Source of the DNA: Emiliania huxleyi CCMP1516
Lineage: Eukaryota
Direction of reading: 5' to 3'
DNA length: 24,720 nt
Assembly: GCF_000372725.1 (NCBI RefSeq)
Contig: NW_005201154.1
Coordinates: 242,843 to 267,562, forward strand
The notes beneath the pieces were generated by a model. The model searched no databases. It worked only from the letters and a program-made list of their open reading frames with translations, and was not told the DNA's origin. Positions 19,180 to 24,720 of this stretch are shown one piece after another. The translations under genes and the position numbers were made by a program. Position 1 is the stretch's first letter. Each line of letters starts with the position of its first letter.

Positions 19180-22059
19180 ATGGCAGGGCTTGCGGCCATT
19201 GCTGCCGCCGGCGTGGGAGCTCGCATCCCCGCGCGCAGCAGCACCGCCACCGTCGTCGGCCTCACGGGCGGCATCGGCATGGGCAAGAGCTCCGCGGCCG
19301 CGTGGTTCCGCAGGTGTGGCTTCCGCGTGCACGACGCCGACGCGACGGTGCACTCGCTGTACGCAGCGGGCGGCGCGGCGGTCGAGCCGGTGTGCGCCGC
19401 CTTCCCGAGCGCGCGCGGCGCCGACGGAGGCATCGATCGCGCCGCCCTCTCGGCCGCCGTCGCCACCGCCGGCCGCGAGGCGTCGCTGCAGCGGCTAGAG
19501 GAGATCGTGCACCCGCTTGTGACGGAGGAACGGGCGGGGTTCGTCCGGCGGGCGGGGGAGGAGGGCGAGTGGCTTGTCGTGGTCGACGTCCCTCTCCTCC
19601 TCGAGACACTGCGCGACGAGGCGGCCCTGCGAGCCACTTCTGAGACGCTTCCGAGACGCTTCCGAGACACTTCCGCGTCGTGCTCCTCTCAGGCGGCCCT
19701 GCGAGCCGAGGCGGACGACGTCGCCTCCTCCTCTCCCCGGGCGTGAGCAGCGTCTCTTCACGCCGCTGCCGTGAGCAGGTGGACGTCGTCCTCCTCGTTT
19801 CCTGCAGCGCCGCCGAGCAGCGCCGCCGCTGCCTCGCGCGGCCTGGGATGAGCGAGCCAAAGCTCGAGTCCATCCTGGCGAGGTCGACTGCGACACACCG
19901 GCGAGTCCAAGCACGCGCCTGAGCGAGAGTCGTCCATTCCTCCGTGCGGCGGTGGGTAGGCAGCTGCCGGACGCCGACAAGCGCGCGCGCGCAGACTTCG
20001 TCGTCGACACCGGCCAAACCTCTTCCTGCGCGAGTCACGCCCTCCGCCTAGGGAAGGGGAAGGGCTCACCCGCGCGGCAGCGGCTCGCTAGGCCTCTCGA
20101 GCGGCGTCGCGGAGACGCGAGCGCAGCTGGCGCCGAGAGATCGCCGAGAGATCGCCGAGAGATCGCCGAGAGATCGCCGAGAGATCGCCGAGAGATCGCC
20201 GAGAGATCGCCGAGAGATCGCCGAGAGATCGCCAAGGTGTGCGGAGATAGCCGAGATGTAGACGCGCGCGCAGCTGGCGGGGCTCTTCGGGCCGGCGCGA
20301 GCGACGCAGCTGTGAACGGCGCCTCTTCACGGCTGAGGGGTGCGGGTCAGGCGCGCTTCGTCGAGTCGGTGCGAGCAAGCCAGCCGGATCGGTGGGGAGG
20401 GTGGCTGCGGCAGCCGCGGGCTTGCCCTGCCCGGGGGGGCGGGCGGGCGGGCGGCGGCGGCGGGTCGGTGGCGTGCATCACCTTTGACCTGGATGAGACA
20501 TGTTGGCCGACGATGCCTCCGATCGACGCCGCGCGGCGGGCGATGGAGCCGCTGCTGGCTGAGGCGATGCCGCGCTCGCACGAGTCGGGTGCCCTCGCGA
20601 GCCTCGGCGGCGCCTTCCGCGCGCTGCGCGAGGAGCGGCCGCTCATCGCGCACGACATCACATTACGAGTGATAGAAGTATTCAGACTGAAGAGTACTAG
20701 CTAGTAGGAGCGGCCGCTCATCGCGCACGACATGCTCGAGTTGCGCGCGGCCGCGCTGAGCAGGGTGGCGGAGGAGCACGGCGAGGCGCTGAGCTTGCAG
20801 GAGCCTTCCATGAGCCTTCCATGAGCTTTCCTATAGGTGGCGGAGGAGCACGGCGAGGCGCTGAGCTCGCAGGAGCCTTCCATGAGCTTTCCATGAGCCT
20901 TCCTATAGGTGGCGGAGGAGCACGGCGAGGCGCTGAGCTCGCAGCAGGTCGCCGCGCTCGGAGAGGCGCCCATCCCCATCCCCGCCTGCTCCGCGCACCC
21001 AGACCGCGCGACAGCAGCGTGCCTCTGAAGCTTCTCGGAACCGCGTCTGAAGCTTCTCGGAGCCTGCCCGCAGGCCTTCATCACCGCCCGCTCTCAGACC
21101 GGCGACCACCTCTTCACCGCTGGGGCGGGCCACCCGCAACCTTCTCGGAAGGTTCTCGGAACCTTCACGGAACCTTCTAGGCGACCACCTCTTCACCGAC
21201 GTGGCGGGCACGGTCGCCCGACTGCGCGCCGCGGGCTACGTCGTCGGCGCCCTCACGGCAGCGCGGGCGTGGGCTACTCTCATGAATCATCAGCCCAAGA
21301 GTCGACATCACAGGCGCCATCACCGACGGCAACGCCGACGTGGCGCGCGACGCGCTCACCGCGCCGCTCTTCGACTTTGCGATTACCGCCGCAGACGCGG
21401 GTCGCCGCCGCCTTAAGAGGCCGAGGCAGAGGGACGGGTAGTGGCTCGCCACTCGCCTCGGATGATTGGCTCTGCAGGCTGCCACAAGGGGTCGATGCCG
21501 CCCTTCCTGATGGCGGCGCAGGCGGCGGACCGCCACTTCTCGGCTCACATCGGCCTCCTCTCGGCCTCCTCTCGCCTCCTCTCGGCTGACCTCGGCCCCT
21601 CTTGGCGCAGGCGGCGGGGTGCCACGTCTCCCAGCTGGCGCGACACTCTCGAGAGGACCCGCCAAGCTGATGAGCATGAGAGATCAGCCACCAGCCTGGC
21701 CCCGTAGTGCGTCGAGGTAGGCGCACATCGGAGACTCCATCTCGGCTAATCTCGCCTCATCTCGCCTCACCTCACCGCAGGTGCACATCGGGGACTCCAT
21801 CTCGAAGGACCTGCTCGGCGCACTCCGCTGCGGCGCGCGCTGCGTCCTGCTCACCCGGCCGACCCACCCGCTGCCAAGGGCCGATGCGGAGGTGGCGCTG
21901 ACGCCGCCGGCGGATGGCGCGTGGTGGGGGGAGGCGGCCGGCCTCGGCGAGGCGAGCAGCCTGATCGAGGGATGGGACGCGGCGCCCTCGCCGCTCGCTT
22001 CGCCAGAGGGGCCGGGGACGGCGTGGGTGGCCGCCGGCAAGCCAGTGCCGTGGGAGTAG
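19180..22059 (+). CDS. coaE: Dephospho-CoA kinase (CoaE) fused to a YigB-like HAD phosphatase
   Basis: P-loop VGLTGGIGMGKS, DAD..VH, LEEIVHPLV, DVPLLLE, RQLPDADKRARADFVVDT; then HAD motifs FDLDET, GAITDGNA, K, VHIGDSISKDLLGA. Exons 19180-19620, 19693-19710, 19779-19882, 19960-20012, 20092-20129, 20351-20632, 20708-20764, 20909-20965, 21074-21101, 21181-21246, 21314-21400, 21478-21521, 21611-21637, 21781-22059. Confidence 0.88.
20131..20233. repeat. Perfect intronic 11-bp tandem repeat (GAGAGATCGCC), about 9 units
   Basis: Directly visible; lies in inferred intron 20130-20350. Confidence 0.97.
20765..20944. repeat. 72-bp tandem repeat (2.5 units) made of an exon copy plus an 11-mer array
   Basis: Units start at 20765, 20837 and 20909: 36 nt encoding VAEEHGEALS(L/S)Q, then about three GAGCCTTCCAT units ending TATAG. 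Confidence 0.95.
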
Positions 22060-22615
22060 AAGTGGAGGTAAGGGCTTACGTAGTAACAGCCGTAAGGCCG
22101 CGGGGACGCGCCTCTTCGTAGACTCTTCCTATATGAGCACCCCTCCGCTCGCAGGCTAGAGCGTAGGGGGAGAGTGGCGTGTTAGGCGGGAAATCACACA
22201 CGGCACACGCTCACGCTGACGCACAGGCGTCAGCGCGTCAGGCCACAGCTCGTCACAAGCCGCCCCCGCCGGCACGGGCCCGCGCGCCCCGCGCCGGCCG
22301 CCGCGCGCGCGCGCGCTCCTGGCCTCCTGCCGCACACGAGCCAGCTGACACAAGCACACAACGTTCAGTAGCACATGAGACGCGTCGGGGCACAGCGGAC
22401 ATGTACACAAACTACAATCCTCGAGAAAAAGCAAATTACGTGCCAGCGCGTCTCGCTCGTCGGCAGACGTCTCGCCGGTGCTCCATTGGCACGAGACCAG
22501 ACGCGGGGTACACACCTTGACACATATAGCTGTCTGCTCGACTCCGACTGTGCGTCTCCCGCGCACAAGTCCACATGGCAGGATCCTCGCGAGGACGACA
22601 CTCGCGAAAAATGTC

Positions 22616-23609
22616 CTACCTGGCGGCGGCGGCCGCCGCCGCCCGCCGCACCTCCCGCTCCCTCCTCCGCTCCGCCGCCAGCTCCCTGCCCGTCACCTGC
22701 GCGGGAAGAGGAGGCGGTGCGGGTGAGACATGTCCGAGGAGGAGGAGAGGGAGGCGACGCCCGGGAGGAGGAGGAGGAGGAGGAGGAGCCGTGCCTTTTT
22801 CCGCCGTGCGGGCAGGCCTGCGAGGTTGGCCGCAGGCCCGCTGGCGGCCAGTCCCGCGCATTCGGCGGCGGAGCTTCCGGCGGCGGCGGATGCGGCGGCG
22901 AAGGGGGAGGCGGCGGCGAGCGTGCCGCGCGAGAGGTTTGCGTGCGGCAGCAGCTCGTGCGCTCGGTGCGCGAAGTGGACTTCCGACGCGGCGCCTGTGA
23001 TCACGCCTCGGACAGGTCCTGGACGTGTCCTGGACCGGTGCGCGTAGTGGACCTCCGACGCGCGCCCAAAGGCGTCTCTGGAGGCGCCTCCTCGCCGCAG
23101 GCAGCCGCGACGGCGGTCTGCGCTCGCTGCACCGCCTGCGCAACACGCATCCCGCGGCGCGCTGAGGGGGAGCTGGACGGGGGGAGGGTGAGGGAGAGGG
23201 CGGCTGTCCCGCGGCGAGCGCCGGCCTGAAGGTGCTGCATCTTCCGGATCCACGGCGGAGGCTGAATGTCGAGCGCCGCCATCGCGCTCTTGATCAGCTC
23301 CACGTCCGAAGCGGCGAGCCGAGGGGAAGGCGCGGCGCCAAAGCTGTCGCTGCCGCCAAAGCCGCCCTCAAAGTTGCCAAATTCAACGTCGCCGCCCCCG
23401 CTGTCTGTCACCACCGGAGCGGTGGCTGCCGTCTCCTCCTCAAACTTGATCCAGCCGTCGGCGGCCTCAGCTTCAGCCTCCGCCTCATCAAGGATGCCGA
23501 GCCGCTCCACGTAGACTGGCAGCCGCTCGTACTCCTCTTCCGGGTCCGCGTCGGGCACCTCGGGTGGGCACTCCACAGTTATTGGCTCGGGCTGGGAGGC
23601 GGAGCACAT
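22616..23609 (-). CDS. Acidic hypothetical protein with a MEA1 (male-enhanced antigen 1)-like motif
   Basis: Acidic N-terminus, then DVELIKSAMAALDIQPPPWIRKM, which resembles the MEA1 core. Exons 23609-23226, 23135-23066, 22994-22795, 22696-22616; all three introns are GC-AG and the exons join in frame. Confidence 0.65.
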
Positions 23610-23838
23610 CTTCTCCTCCAGGGAGCGAGAGAGACAGCCAGCGTTCCGGCTCCTACCCGGGTACCCCGATAGCGTTAGGGGGGATTCCACTCCCTCTGGG
23701 GGGGGCGGTCAAAACCGGACCTACCTACCTATTGCACTATGGGTGTCACCGTGGTGAACAGACCCCCTATCTGGCTAGGAGCCGGAACCCAGAGCTTGGC
23801 TTGTAACACTCTACACTCTACATCCTCTACACCCACCC

Positions 23839-24720
23839 TTAGATCCTGGTTATCCTTGTTCCGTCCTCACCAATCCACTCGCCCCGGGGTAGGGCAAGCG
23901 CTCTCGAGCGTTTCCCCTGGAGCCTGCACGAGGGACGAGGGAGAGGAGAGTGAGAGGGGGAGAGCGTGAGCGTGGGCGCTGGAGGGGGTGCGGCGCACTC
24001 GTCAATCATCCTCAGCTCGTCGTCCGCGGCGGCTTCGTCCTCGGACGACATGCGGTCCGACCTTTCCGCCGTCCCCCAGTTGGCCGGCCGCGAATGTCTC
24101 GGCGTCTTCAGCGAAAAGCGCCCCATTCCAGAAGGGACCGCCACCGGCGCCGGCCGCGGGCCTCTCGGCGTCTTCAGCGAAAAGCGCCCCATTCCAGAAG
24201 GGACCGCCACCGGCGCCGGCACTCGCGGCGCATGCAACGCGGGCGCGTATCCGGCCGCGCTCGCACCTACGCCCCCCTCCGTCCGCTCGCTGTCGTCCGT
24301 ATCTGCCTCTGAAATCCGCTTCTTGCGATACTTCCTGTGGAGGAGGTAGAGGCAGCAGAGGAGGAGGAGCGCCACGACGGCAAGGATGAGCCACAGCCAC
24401 CAAGGCAGGCCCTTATTTGACGACAGGGTGAGAGAGATGGCCTCTTTTTTGTTGTAGCCACATCCCCCGTCGGCAGGCGTGTCCGAACCCCCCGGCGAGG
24501 CGGGCGGGAGCGGCGGGCACGCGGGGGGCGAAGCGGGAGGCGGCGAGGGCGGCGGACGTGAAGGTGGCGGCGGGGAGGGCGGCGGCGGGGAGGGCGGCGG
24601 CGGGGACGGTGGCGGCGGCGAAGGTGGAGGCGGGCTGGGTGGGGGCGGCGAAGGAGGCGGCGGCGAAGGAGGCGGCGGCGAAGGCGGAGGCGGTGACGGT
24701 GGCAGAGGCGACGGCGGCGG
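23839..24720 (-). CDS. 3' part of a Pro/Ser-rich (SPPPP) single-pass membrane protein (partial)
   Basis: Open from the window edge: (SPPPP)n stalk, TM helix GLPWWLWLILAVVALLLLCCLYLL, basic stop-transfer HRKYRKKR and a cytoplasmic tail; probable GT-AG intron 23924-23998; TAA at 23839. Confidence 0.85.
   Translation of the reverse strand, partial: PPPSPLPPSPPPPSPPPPSPPPPSPPPPSPPPPSPPPPSPPPPSPPPPSPPPPSRPPPSPPPASPPACPPLPPASPGGSDTPADGGCGYNKKEAISLTLSSNKGLPWWLWLILAVVALLLLCCLYLLHRKYRKKRISEADTDDSERTEGGVGASAAGYAPALHAPRVPAPVAVPSGMGRFSLKTPRGPRPAPVAVPSGMGRFSLKTPRHSRPANWGTAERSDRMSSEDEAAADDELRMIDECAAPPPAPTLTLSPSHSPLPRPSCRLQGKRSRALALPRGEWIGEDGTRITRI
24097..24220. repeat. 58-bp exact direct repeat (66-bp period) inside the CDS
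   Basis: 24097-24154 equals 24163-24220; encodes PAPVAVPSGMGRFSLKTPR twice. Confidence 0.95.

Noticed and set aside
19952..20704. ERSPRDRREIA peptide repeat protein
   Set aside because: It is the translation of an intronic 11-bp repeat; splicing it out restores the kinase C-terminal helix ETRAQLARF.
20131..20944. CRISPR-like array
   Set aside because: The repeats have no unique spacers, there are no cas genes, and the context is eukaryotic introns.
1..24720. Operon-like functional cluster, autonomous transposon or RNA gene
   Set aside because: The genes have unrelated functions and mixed orientations; I saw no transposase, RT or integrase motifs and no tRNA or rRNA.

Overview
GC-rich, intron-dense eukaryotic DNA. 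The style (mostly GC-AG introns of about 70 nt, 10-11 bp intronic tandem repeats, signal-peptide-led plastid presequences) suggests a haptophyte such as Emiliania/Gephyrocapsa huxleyi; this is inference. Most supplied ORFs are GC shadow frames. By hand-splicing I recover about 12 coding units: the 3' end of an unknown gene, MsrB, a USP deubiquitinase, a divergent DUF151-like protein, a root-cap-like domain fragment, an F-box protein, a Cys-less pentameric ligand-gated ion channel (IQ motif, apparent frameshift), a membrane-domain/FBN9-fibrillin fusion, an FSH1 serine hydrolase, a dephospho-CoA kinase/YigB-like HAD phosphatase fusion (13 introns), a MEA1-like protein and the 3' part of a Pro-rich membrane protein. 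The most striking signal is in the introns: many begin with a copy of the start of the next exon and are filled with 10-11 bp repeats. Of my 37 inferred introns, 22 have GC donors, 14 GT and 1 GA. A 36-66 bp element also recurs five times at gene boundaries. All exon models are manual inferences without transcript data.
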